NCBI GenBank assembly: GCA_964016885.1
Contig: OZ024743.1
Location: 40,114,001 to 40,178,000 of the forward strand
Direction: 5' to 3'
Source of the DNA: Eledone cirrhosa
Lineage: Eukaryota
DNA length: 64,000 nucleotides
Shown here in pieces: positions 42,330 to 55,100 of the stretch. A model generated the notes under the pieces. That model was not told the DNA's origin and made no database searches. It saw only the letters and a list, made by a program, of their open reading frames with translations. How positions within the stretch are numbered: position 1 is the stretch's first letter; each line of letters opens with the position of its first letter. A program made the position numbers and the translations under genes.

Positions 42330-45300
42330 TCGGTCCTCAATGTTGCCATTGACTGACCGGCGGTCAAAAATAATACAGATACAATATAGACACAAACACA
42401 TATATATAGTTTACATCATTTACATAAATCTTTCGTTGCACATCTGCAACATCGTCAGTGGTGTTATATTCATTGTTCCTCCTGTTGTGTTGTATGTCTA
42501 CGCCATTTTTTTATTGTCTGTCTATATATTTATTTATTTATTTGCTTGTTTGTTTATCTTATTTTATTTTGTCTTCTTTGCGCATGCGTTTGCGTGTGTG
42601 TATAGTGTTATGTGTGATGTGTGACTAGTGTGTATAGTGTTGTGTCTGCTGGGTGACTAGTGTGTGTTTATGTGCTTGTTGTTATTGTGCTTGTGTATGT
42701 ATTTATTTATCTTATTTTATTTAATTTTATTTACTTATTTATACTTCTCTTAGGTCAGTGTTGTTTGTTTGGGTGTTGTTGTTGTTCCACTCATTCTTTC
42801 TGTTTAGCTTTGGTCTTCTAATTTCTATTTCACTGGCCTCTCTGATTTGCCTATCTGCTGGGTCATTCCTATGTTTAGATATTATTCTAATTTCTATGTT
42901 GTCTATGTTACCGTCATGTTGTTGTCTAGCATGTTCGTATAGTACTGACCCGTTTTTTCGTCCTTTTAGTTTCCCCCCGTGTTGGTCTATCCTTTCACCT
43001 ATGCTACGAGGTGTCTCACCTATGGATGTTGTTGTCATGTTTCTGCAAGTACCCTCTGTACATCTTATGCTATAGACTACGTTTCTAGTTTTACAGTTTA
43101 TCCGGGGGTTCACCTTACATATGATACATCCTATTGGTACAGTGGGTTTTCTTAAAAGGGTAGGTTTTGCTGATCAGGGATGTTATGGTGGTTCCTGGCT
43201 TTTCTACCACCTTTATTTTTAAGTGGGTCTTTCTCAGGGCCTTTCTACACTGGTTAGATAATTTCCCTCCAGGGGTGGCGTCCACAAACATGACACTCTG
43301 GTATCTCTGGTTGTCGTACCATGATGTGGCCTTCCCTATCTTATGTCTAGCCCTATCTAAGCTATTCCATGATTTGCTCCTGTATAGTGGGCAAATTCCT
43401 TTCATGTCCAGTTCTATGAGGGTCTTATACTTTTCCATGGCTCCTTCGTATACTCTGACTCTGTCTCTTTGGTTGTAGCCAGAGAACTGCATGCGGTTGA
43501 TGAAGTGTTGGGTGTGTCCTTCCATTTCTGTTGGGTCGCACATGCTGGACACATTCTTCATCACTCGTACCAAATCTGCGATCAGAATATTAAACTTAGC
43601 ACTACTGGACATTGCTGAGTTTTTGAGTATCAGGTATTTGGAGGCCATGGGTTTAGCATAGTGTGAGTGGAGAATTTGGGCTCTCTCGTCTATAGTGTTA
43701 ATCCAGAGTTCTGTGTCTAATACAGGTAGTCTATTGTTAGGGTGTTTGGAAGGGAAGTCTATAGTTACAGTTATACTCTGGTGTATGGAATTAGCTATCT
43801 GCTGGATGCCTTCCATCGTGCTACGTTCTAAATCAAACTTGTTAGTGCTCTCTAGTGGGGGTGTTCTTATAACTATATTGATATCGTCTACATAACGAGA
43901 GTACATGATGAGGTCTATGGAGCTTTCATTAAGGAGATCTTTAAGTCTCCTTTCCCACCATACCATGAAAAGGTTGGCAACATCACCAGCTATGCTGACG
44001 CCGATGGCTGCTCCCTCATTTTGGGTGTAGATTTTCTCATTGAACTTAAATATGTGGCCCTTTAGGGTAGTTTCGATACTAGCCCCTATTGCATGTGCGA
44101 CCATTTTTCTTACCTGATCAGTGTTTTGGGGGGTCCGTATAGCTTTGGTCCACCCAATCCACCTTCCTATGGGAGTCTTTTTAGCCATTGAGGTTATGGT
44201 GGGAGGTCTACCTCTTATAGGTCTACTAGGGCAGAAACATCTAAGGTCAAGGCTGTCTAGGTAGTCAGTGTCGTAGGTAAGTCTAAGTAGGAGGCCCAGT
44301 TCGTCTGTGTCGACGTCGCAGAACTCCACCTCACTCTCAATGATCATCTCCACACATCTTTTCACAGCAAAATCAATGTTAATGGATGGGTACAGTGACA
44401 CCACATCCATGCTGCCTATTATGCAGTTGGATAGGCTCCTGTTTTTGTTGCACTCTCTGATTCTGCTGAGGAGGTCCTCTGTACTTTCACATACATCTGG
44501 GGACATCTTGATTATGGGGCGTATAACCATTGAGAGGAAGTAGGAGATCCTGTAGTTGCTAGCTATATTAGCTCCGCATACGGGTCTTGTTGGTGGTCCT
44601 GTTGTCGGGTCGTCGACTGTCTTGTGGTCTTTGCGGAGCCCATACAAGGGTGGTATCCCATTGTTAGACGCCTGGAAGTTGTTGGCAGTGCCTCTGCTTG
44701 GCTTTAGGATGTCAGTCCACATCATCATGTGAGCGTTGAGAATTCTTTCTCTCCCATCGTGTGTTAGTTGTGCAACTTCGCTCGTGTTGGTGATGTGGGG
44801 TTGCATTGCCTCGATGTAGTTCGGCATGCTATATATTGACATCCTACCAGACTTATCTGTGGGTAGACACACTACCTCACCATCCCTTGTGCGCTGCTTG
44901 AGGCTAACCAAGCCTTCTACAGGTTTTCTCCCAAGTTGTTGGGCCTCTGGTCTGCTCTGTATCATAGTGTACCTGTCTACTACTTGTCTAATCTTATTTC
45001 TAGCTATGGTGAACTGTGCCTCCGTCTCGTCATCTATTTGCTGTGGTATGCAAACTCTTTTATTAAAGGGTAACCTCGTAGGATAGATATTACCCATCTT
45101 ATATGTTTTGTCAGCTGGGTTGAAAAATAGTTTCTCTAAGGGGTTGTCGTTATTTCTATCGTCATAGTTGTGTGTGTTGTTATTATTGTTATCATGGTGG
45201 TTGTTGTTGTTCTATCATTAGCATTATTATTATTATTGTTATGATTGTGTGTGTGGGTGTGTTATATAGGTGATGACGTAAGAGGTTGGTTGAAAAGTTG

Positions 45301-45882
45301 GTAAGTTCCAAGGTTGTTACGAGGATTGGTTATAAGTCAATTTCTGCGTGTGGGTAATCCATGAAACGGTGGTCGGAAGAGGAGAGATGTGGGGTGCGTG
45401 CGCAACAGGAAGTGGTCAGCATTGGGAGTGCTGTGGTCTGTTGGTGCTGACAGGTGGTCAGAAGGGCATAGCAGCAGCTGGTAGAATGGTAAGGGGGCGA
45501 GGATGGGTAGGTGTGAAAGTTGGAGTGAGGAGGGTGTGTGTGTGTGTGTATTAGTAGGGGTGTTAGTGGGATGAGTGAGTGTGAGAGGGGGTGTGGGTGG
45601 AGCGGGGAGAGAAGGGTGTGTGTGGTTCTATGGAGGGAGTGTGGTGTACTGGTGTGTGTGTAGTTTGGGGAAGAGGTGTTAGTGGGTGTTAGTATACGGG
45701 AGGTGGGGAGGGGTTGAATGCAGGTGTGAGTGGGGGTAAATGGTGGTAGGGTGTGTAGAGTTGGTGGTGTACGAGGGTTTGTGGGTACGTGTGCGTGGGG
45801 TTGGGGGGTGTTATTGATGTTAGTTGCGTGTAGGGTGGGTGGTGTAAGTGGGTGCGTGTGTGCGTGTGATAAGGAGGGGGAA
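42330..45882 (-). mobile_element. Penelope-like element family B (possibly Nematis-like), best-preserved PLE in the window
   Basis: 660-aa RT ORF plus a frameshifted GIY-YIG ORF, with GT-rich 5' and 3' non-coding flanks. Element ends are approximate. Confidence 0.88.
42739..45097 (-). pseudogene. PLE reverse transcriptase + GIY-YIG endonuclease, single frameshift near 43115-43135
   Basis: PTDKSGRM, PPLYGLRKDHK, GPPTRPVCGA, SMDVVSLYPSI, YTQNEGAAIG, RYVDDI, LPVLDTELW; then CKTRNVVYSIRC...SIGETPRSIGERIDQH...HARQQH...RQIREA...PKLNRKNEW. Confidence 0.92.
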
Positions 45883-46227
45883 ACTCTCCCCCATATCGCA
45901 CCCTTCACTACTGTCTTAAATTTAGAAAGCACACATTAGACAACCATGCAGAACAACTCCATCGCAGCTCTGTTGTTCGGCTGGCATCGTCTACGCGCGT
46001 GTTGCGAAGGACTGTGAAACAATAAATGTCAACACTTCTTTGCACAGAGATAATATCCATAGGTGAATCTACGATTGTCACTGCTGGCGCAGCTCCTGCT
46101 TCGACAATCCAAGTCTGCAATTCATTCACCCAGTGCCTGGCAGACAAAAAAGTGGTGCCATAAATGAGTGGTGCAACCTAACGTTGGTAACTTACTGACC
46201 CCGAGCAACGCCGGGCTTTAATGCTAG
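45883..46227 (+). mobile_element. Helitron-like 3' terminal fragment
   Basis: Ends with GC hairpin CCCGAGCAACGCCGGG, 8 nt, then CTAG followed by T, the canonical Helitron 3' end. Confidence 0.7.
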
Positions 46228-46231
46228 TATA

Positions 46232-46262
<31 letters not shown>

Positions 46263-46263
<1 letters not shown>

Positions 46264-46320
46264 CTCTTTTACTCTTTTACCTGTTTCAGCCATCCGGCTG
46301 AGGCCATGCTGGGGCACCGC

Positions 46321-46321
<1 letters not shown>
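46263..46321 (-). mobile_element. SINE 3' tail remnant between (TA)n tracts
   Basis: ACTCTTTTACTCTTTTACCTGTTTCAGCCATCCGGCTGAGGCCATGCTGGGGCACCGCC, resembling an abundant octopus SINE end (from recall, not searched). Confidence 0.6.
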
Positions 46322-46373
<52 letters not shown>

Positions 46374-46374
<1 letters not shown>

Positions 46375-46946
46375 TAGCATTAAAGCCCGGCGTTGCTCGG
46401 GGTCAGTAAGTTACCAAAGTTAGGTTGCACCACTCATTTATGGCACCACTTTTTTGTCTGCCAGGAACTGGGTGAATGAATTGCAGACTTGGATTGCCGA
46501 AGCAGGAGCTGCGCCAGCAGTGACAATTGTAGATTCACCTATGGATATTATCTCTGTGCAAAGAAGTGTTGAAATTTATTGTTTCACAGTCCTTCGCAAC
46601 ACGCGCGTAGACGATGCCAGCCGAACAACAGAGCTGCGATGGAGTTGTTCTGCATGGTTGTCTAATGTGTGCTTTCTAAATTTAAGACAGTAGTGAGGGG
46701 TGCGATATGGGGGAGAGTCAGCTGCTGTTTCTAGCAGGTTTAGTGACCTCATAGAGGATATGTGTTTTCTAAATTTAAGAGAGTAGGGAGTGGTGTGATA
46801 TGAGGGAGATTTATCTGCTGATTCTAGCAGGTTTGGTGACCTCATAGAGAATATGTGTTATCTAAATTTAAAACAGTAGGGCCGGGTGTGATATTGGGGA
46901 GAGTTAGCTGCTATTTCTAGCAGGTTTAGTGACCTCATAGAGTATA
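46374..46946 (-). mobile_element. Helitron-like non-autonomous element, 3' end plus internal ~93-bp minisatellite (3 units, 46666-46946)
   Basis: 46374-46718 is the reverse complement of 45883-46227 (~6 mismatches); units TGTGT..TCTAAATTTAA..AGTAG...TCTAGCAGGTTT.GTGACCTCATAGAG. Confidence 0.72.
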
Positions 46947-47479
46947 TTATTGTGTATAGTAAATAAACTGATACTTCTTTCTTCCACGTTCGTTGAGAAG
47001 TTTTAAAAAAGATTTATCGCTATTTTTTTTTTGTTGTTGAATAAATTTATCTGTTGCTTTTGAATAATTGTTGTTTCGTATGAAATGTAATAAGTACTCC
47101 TTGTCATTGAAGTAAATAAATGTTTGACCATTCCACACTCAAAAACAAACGTTCCCTCTCTCTCTCCCTCTAAGTCTCTTCGGCGTTCCTAAAGGAAGTT
47201 TGTAAGCATGTATGTAGTTTTATCGAATATTAATGTGAGTAGAGAGAGGTTTACAGATTCTATTATAGGGGTAAAGCGTCATGTATTTAGTTTATCGATT
47301 ATTTCCATAATTGTGGGTGGATTTGAATGAAATAAAAGATCGGTGACCTAAGTTAGACCATTTACAACAATCCGTACGGGATACTGCAAGGAATCATGTA
47401 TGAACCCGAATGCTGTAGATGAATTGTTCCTTCTCTCTCCCTCTTTATTTCTCTCTTTTTCTCTCTCTCTCTCTCTCTT

Positions 47480-47561
<82 letters not shown>

Positions 47562-48409
47562 AAAGGCAAACAGAAATAATAACACAATCGGTACAGTATA
47601 TGGAAGGGATATATTAGGTTAACGCTTGATATAGCAGGAAGAGGGTTGTAACCTTTCGAACGCTAGTCCTTCCTAAGAAGAAAGAATGAGAAATAAGATA
47701 TATTGAGGGACCGGAATTTGGAAAACAAAGATATATATGGGCGTTTTCATTAAAAAACCAACGTGAATGCTACAATGATGAAAGAACATTTAAATATTTT
47801 TATTTTAAAAAGCTTCGCAACTATTCAAACCTACCTTACAACATACATCCTATTTTAAACACAGATATACACATTACAATTCATACGTCACCCTCCAAGC
47901 ACTCACAAGCTAGTGATATTGAAATATACTTTTCGCTCTGTTCTGTTTGCAGATTGTTTTGATGTGTCCTGTCAATCATGAGATGCGGTAATCAAATTAA
48001 TATTTAAATACGTTAACGCTATTATGTTATCAATGTCCTTTCCAATCGAGAACAACAGCCGGATCAATGCACACACCGTCTGATAAAATGAATATATAGA
48101 ATAAAATAAAAGGCTCCTGATATACACTCTGTCATGACTCTGACCTAGACATCTAAGCAAATAGCTAACAAACACCAGCAGTCATTTAATTATATTATTT
48201 ATTGCTGTGCGAATAATATTTCAAACTAGTATGTAACGGAATGTAATAATAATAATAATTTTGTTTTCATTTAGTAAGGTTTCTCTAAAAATCAGTTACT
48301 AGGCAAAGTGAGTTAATTGGACTCAGATCCATCCCTGAAATCAAAGGCCCAATATATCACATATGATTCTGGCAGTGCTAGGGATGAATGAATCAGGGTG
48401 TCCTGTCCC

Positions 48410-50450
48410 TCTAGGCGCCTAGACAGATACTGGGATGAAACCGTACCCTTTGCTGCTGGTCACGTCCTGCACCATAAATTTATCTTCAGGGTCCAGGACT
48501 ATAGTTCGTATCGTGAGATTCAAGCATTTCCGAAACAACCCAGTGACGCCAGTTCCAGATTCCTGACGGCTTAGAGATGTATACACCTTGTATTCGCCGA
48601 AAATAAGTGCGAAATCACGTGGTCGCGCTGAAGGCCACCGCATCTTTGTTCAGTGACTTGAGCACATGACCTTTCTTCAAAGATGATCCCAGCCCACGTG
48701 CATTTATAGTGCCTATTCTGAGTAAGGCTATGTTGAAAAGAAGATGAGGAAAATGGGGAGGACCACTCATATGAGATTTTTAGAACCGTTGATCAATCTT
48801 CTGACTCGATGTGGATTGCTGCACCGAAATGTCTGTATAAATTGCATCGGCGAATTTATATTGTAAATGTGTGTATATATTTTGTGTGATTTGAATGAGT
48901 TGTATGTTTGTGAGTAGTGCGATTTTAGGGGTGTGGTATAGTATTTTTCTGTAATTGTAATGTTGTGTTGTATTTAGTTGAGTAATTTTCTGTCTTTGAT
49001 ACTTACAGCCTACCAGTTGTGTTATATTATCTCGACTGTGTTATTGGACGGCAAGGTCACTTCAGAAGATCTCTACATTACAGAACTCCATCATGAGACT
49101 TATGACTGGCAAGCGGCTCAGCGACTGTATCTATATCAGTGAGCTGCTCAACATTACCAGAATTAGACCAATTACATCAATTGTCAAGTCAAGAGTACTC
49201 AAACTATACGGCCATATAAAAAGATAAACTTGGGGTGTGTGTAGGTTATACCTGGAAGGAAGGTTCTCTGGAAAGAGAAGCAGAGGCCGGCAGTCAAAAC
49301 GACGGCTTGACAATATCAACTTATGGACTGGACTTGATCTTTGCTCTTTGAACTCTGCAGCTGGTGATCGAATTTTATGGTGAGAGATATCTCATGTTGA
49401 TGCGCAGTCTGCAACTGGCGAAGCTTAGCGTCACAAGAAGAATTTTCTATTGTTAGTGTTTATTGCTGTGTAATGTCTGAAGATTGTGTACTTTTCTTGT
49501 ATTTGTTGTTGTATCGGATGTGGGTTTAGTTGTGTTTGCGATGTTGTTTTTGATGCTGTATGTGATAGTGGGATTAGTGGTTTGGCTGCTGCTGGTGGTA
49601 GTGGTGCTGATGGTGGCTTGGGTGGTACTGTAGAGGTTCATATTGACCCAAATCCCCTACCTCGGGTGATATGAGATTTGCGTTCCCATCCGCAGCTCGA
49701 AGCTTTTAGGATCTGGGAAACTTTGGTGTGCTTCACCCGGTATGACTTCACTCTACTTCTACAGTATGTTACCGTACAGGGTCGTGCGTTTTCCAGCCCA
49801 TTTGGTGGAGGTGTAAAGCTGACTCTGTCAATCTTCTCTTTAGTATCTGAGTAGCCTCGCTTATTTCATTTTCGTTGAGTTATTGTTTCCTTGTTTTTCG
49901 ATGACCATGTGAATGAGACAGCTCATTTTGCGGGATAATTTTGTGTTGTGTTGTATTGGAAGGACTCACATTCTGTTTTGCACACCGAGTCCCTATACAG
50001 GGTTGACGGGTCTGCGTTTAGTTTGATGCTGTTGCTGTTGCTTCTGTCATAGCTGTTAATATTCTGATTAGTGTCAGTGCTTTTTGTTTATCCTGCAGTA
50101 GTGAAAGTAGTTTTAGTGTTGTTGCTGGTTTTGAATATGGCTGTGTGTGTTTTGATGTTCTGGACTTGATGGAGGTGGTGGCGGTTTTGTATTCCGAAAA
50201 TTGAGGATATCCATTTTCATGTATTTTTATTTTATGATTTTCGACATCGCTGGTTGTGTTAATCTTACTGTTATTGTAGTTGGCGCTACTTCTGTAATTT
50301 TAGTTGTTGCTAGTGGTAGTGCCAGAGTCTGTATATTGATAGTGGCAGTGGTGATGGTTGTGATGTTATTGTCGAAATTTAAACTCGAATGTGAGTCAAT
50401 CTGACGTGACGCGAGCCTTTGGTTGTTTTGGTTTAAGTGGGGGATGGCGT
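48410..50450 (-). mobile_element. Second, highly degenerate Tx1/L1-type LINE 5' relic (ORF1 remnants + APE start)
   Basis: Minus strand RIGTINARGLG at ~48690-48720 and ORF 48419-48643 (GTGVTGLFRK...LDPEDKFMVQDV), parallel to the APE at 11.6-12 kb; Thr-rich ORF1-like remnants upstream. Confidence 0.65.
49005..49430 (+). mobile_element. RTE-clade LINE 3' fragment
   Basis: KSRVLKLYGHIKR...LEGRFSGKRSRGRQSKRRLDNIN, the typical RTE C-terminus (GHI.R...G.R.RGRP..RW.D). Confidence 0.72.
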
Positions 50451-50731
50451 ATCACCTCCATTTACAAAATGAAAATTGTTAGCGTAAACTTTGTAGCAAA
50501 ACGACTTAAATTTAGTAAAAAATGAACTTAATAGCAGATCTTTAGGATTCAATCACCAACCATAATATGAAAAAAATAATGATAATAATAGGCATTTGTT
50601 GACTCTGATATATCATGATCAGTTTAGATATCCTATCGTATCATTCCGCCATCAGTAAAATTACTGCCTGAATCTCATTTTATTGTTTTCTAAGATTATA
50701 CACCATAGCTGATACCTGAAGGACATTGGAA

Positions 50732-50900
50732 ATAATTGTTTCTACTTTTAGCACAAGGCCAACAATTACATCAGAGCATTAAAGTTGCTTTATTTTATCG
50801 ACCTCGTAATGATGAAAGGCAAAGTTAACCTCGGCGGGATTTGAACTCAGATCATAAAGGGTCTGCTGCAAAGCATGGCGTCAGACCCTCTACCGATACT
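50732..50900 (-). mobile_element. tRNA-derived SINE
   Basis: AATAATTGTTTCTACTTTTAGCACAAGGCC...GATGAAAGGCAAAGTTAACCTCGGCGGGATTTGAACTCAGA. Confidence 0.82.
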
Positions 50901-51755
50901 GGAGGATGATGATTCAAAATACATTAGAGATAATATTTAGACGTATGCCACATGGACAGAAGAATCCCATACATGCCCGTACATGCAGTGTGAGAAACTT
51001 CAAGTGTTGCATTAAATGAAATGTACCACCGTCAATTTGGACGGTGACGCTTCCGTATGTCCATTTAACGTAACAGATTCTTTGGAATAAACGTAAACAC
51101 GTTCAAGCATTTCACAGGCACACGTATATTATAATCTCCTGTGATCTGTGTCAATCAAAATATACAAGGCTTCCCAATATTTTGTCACGGCAAATATACT
51201 GATATGTGAGAATCACTTGATACAATCACTTAATGAACTGTTCAGATATATTTCACCGAATTTTGGTATTTTCTCGGGTATAAATTCAAGTCTTAGAATA
51301 CATATTCTCTTTTTTTTTCTTTTTTCTTGTCGTGTTATATTTTTAGTGCCTTTCACTTGAATCCTCGTTATCTTCGTTAATTTCACATTCTATTTTCTGG
51401 TAAAGGATTAGAGTCCGAAGCGTTATGACTCTCTTCCTACGATATCAAGCATAAGAATAATAATATATTTTTCCACTTTACTCTGTCCTTTGCTTGTTGT
51501 TTCTGTTTACCTTTTGCACACAAGCACGCACACACACATATAGACATCCCCCACACAAATGAATACATATATATGTGTGTGTGTGTGTATGATAATAATA
51601 CATATATATTATATATACATACATACACACACACACACACATATATATATATCTATCTCTAAGGCGGGTAAAATTCCCGAGATCCATGGACGAGTTCTCT
51701 CCAGCGGTCTCTGTCCCTCATTATCGCTGCCGTGTCCTGCATCTCCAACAGACCA

Positions 51756-52176
<421 letters not shown>

Positions 52177-52180
<4 letters not shown>

Positions 52181-55100
52181 ATTGGTAAACAGAATAGAAT
52201 ATGCTGACAAATTGTTCACAGTGAAAAATAGTTTAATTAGGAATAAGTGAGAATTAGTAATTGTATTGGTTAGTATTCAGTTTGGGTTGTAACTTTTACC
52301 GGTTGCGCATTTCTAATGCTTTTCAAAAATAATTTTGAGATACAGCGTCCGTGATGTTTGCTCTGATCTGATTAGTTTTGGGAATTCTACCTGTTTTTAT
52401 GTTAAAAAAGTGGCTCCAGCGGTATTAAAATAAGTTTTGCGCCAATTCGTGTTGCAAACATTCTTGTGGTCAAAACAATTTTGATTGGTCGGTAGAGGTC
52501 ATGTGAATGTAAAAAATTGATTTTGCGCCAAATGTAGGTTTGTGTCGGCTGACTGAGAAATAACTCTTTCACCACAAATATCTGTGTGTGCGTGTGTGTG
52601 TAGTAGTAGTAAAGTGTTCGTTGTTGTGATAATGGTCAGCAGGGATGTGTGTGCTAACCGCAGCCTGTTGACAGTTCAAATGCCTATTAAGACATGTGTG
52701 TGTGTGTGTGTGTGTGTATGTGTGTAGCAGAGTAATTCGTGTTAGAGGGATGGTCAGTAGGAATGTGTCTGTAAGTGTGTGTTATATTTTAACATGTTAA
52801 AAGATATTGTTTAGCTCTTGTCATATACGGAGAAGTGTGTGTGTGTGTGTGTGTGTGTATCTGTGTGTGTGTATATGTCTCTTTGTATGTTAATGTAGGC
52901 GTGTGTATATATGTGTATGTGTGTGTGAGAATGTGTGTATGTGGGGGGGGGTGAACCAGTATTTTTTCCTGGTAAAATGGTGGACATTATTCGATATTTT
53001 CAGTAAAATCGATTCTCTCAATAGAACATCAAAAACATTAATAATAAAAGGTGTGAAATGATATATCATATTGGCATAATACCAAGGTGTGTGTGAGTGT
53101 GTGTGTGTGTGTCCAGATTGTACGTACTGAAAGGGGGATCCATTAGGCCTTGCCATATTGGAATACCTGTGCACAAATATGTATCTGGAGTGTGTCCAGA
53201 AATTATATACCTGTGCACAATTGTATACTTGTGCACAAACTGTACACATGTATCTGGAGTGTGTCCATGAATTGTATACCTGTGCACAAATATGTATCTG
53301 GAGTGTGTCCAGATTGTAAGGCCTTGCCGTATTGGAATACCCGTGCACAAATATATATCTGGAGTGTGTTCAGAAATTGTATACCTGTGCACAAATTGTA
53401 TACTTGTGCACAAATTGTACACATGTATCTGGGGTGTGTCCAGAAAGTGTATACCTGTGTACAAATATGTATCTGGAGTGTGTCCAGATTGCACGTACTG
53501 CAAGGGGAATTCATTAGGCTTTGCCGTATTGGAATACCTGTGCACAAAAATGTATGTGCCCATCAGTGTGCAATGCATGTTTGCGTTTATGTATGTGTGT
53601 GTGTCGTCACGTTTATATCTATAGACATCAAAAGGTATGCAATTTTGTGTATATTTGTGTTGCACCATAGAACATGTGTGTTTACGTATGTCATTGTGTT
53701 TATATGTGGGTAAAGATGTGTGCTTATGTAGGTATGTATGTTGACGTGTGTATGTTGTGGGTTTGTCTTAGGGAGAAGTGTTTAGACGGCGTCCGTATTT
53801 GTTGATGAAGTAAGATTCCTTGCTGATGAGCTGGGTGTGGGTGGCATTATCTTTAAATTTGTAGAGGGGAAAGATTCTGAAGTTGGGATGATTTTGGGCG
53901 GCACACGTATCAATGTGTTCACTCAGTGGTATTTTCCTGTATTCCCGTATTTTAATTTGGGATCTATGCACAGTCATGCGTTGGTGGAGGCTGTTTTTGG
54001 TCTGGCCTATGTATTGTTCTCGACAACCTGAGCAAGTTAATACATATATTAGATTTTCCGATGCACATGTGAAATTGTGTTTTACTATAAAACGTTGTCC
54101 TTCTTTGAAATAGAATTCCGAACCCTCTATTAGGTTGATACAAATGCCACAGTTGGGTCAATCGCATTTTTTTTACTGTGGGTTTCGTTGTTGTGGTGGG
54201 CAGTACGTTGGTATGTGTTAGGATGTTTTTCATTGACTTAGATTGTCTTTTGCTCCTTATGATATCGTGTGTTCGTAGGATTTGGTTCATTCTATGGTCC
54301 TTTTTCAACACAGGGATGTTCTGGAGGATGGTGTCAAAGGCCTCATTGTTGAGAGGGTTGTGTGTGGAGGTGTATGTAAGAGATTTTAGTTTCGGTTGAT
54401 TTACTTTAGGGTGTCTAAGATCCTGGGTACTGAGTTTTAGGGCACGTTGGATTTCATTGTCAATTAGTGATGCAGGGTAGTCCCTGCCTATGAGTGTGTC
54501 ATTTAGTTCTTGTAGCCGAAAGTAGCAGGTGTTTTTATTGGAGACTATAAGTACAGATTTTCTTGGCTAAGTTGTAGGGAATATTAATTTTAACGTGTCT
54601 AGGGTGACAAGAGTCGAAAGAAAGATATTGCTTGGAGTCTGTGGGCTTGTAGTATATGTCTGTTTCTATTTATTTGTTATGGATCTTAATGAGGATGTCG
54701 AGGAAGGGGAGTTGTTGATGGCTGTATTCCATCGTGAAGTTAATATTCGTGTTGAGCCCATTTATAAGGGTGTGAAATTCTTTAAGTTTCTCGATGTTTT
54801 CGTGCCATAGTATGAAGCAGTCATCTAGATATCGCTTCCAATTCCTTTCTATGTGTAAGTGGAGAGTGTTTCCAAATTTGTTTAGGACTTTAGTGTAGAG
54901 GGTAATTTCCAGGTATCCAGTGACTAGGTTGGCATAAGTGGGGGCTGTTTTCGTTCCCATAGCGGTCCCAGATTTCTGCCAGTAGGGTTTGTTATTGAAA
55001 ACGAAGTAATTGTTCTCCAAGATAAATTTGAGTCACTCTATCACGAATTTTTTTTTGAAGCGTTGTGGGAGTTCATTGTGGTACTTATCCAGCCAGAATT

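Noticed and set aside
45908-46693. Duplicated 79-aa ORF (MSAR.WVNELQTW...) as a small gene pair
   Set aside because: No ATG start (alternative codon), no recognisable domain; the duplication is explained by the inverted repeat.
52890-53713. Overlapping 100-230 aa Cys/Tyr-rich ORFs (also 58395-59126) resembling a metallothionein or keratin-associated protein
   Set aside because: Open in several frames on both strands because of a stop-poor minisatellite in the PLE UTR.
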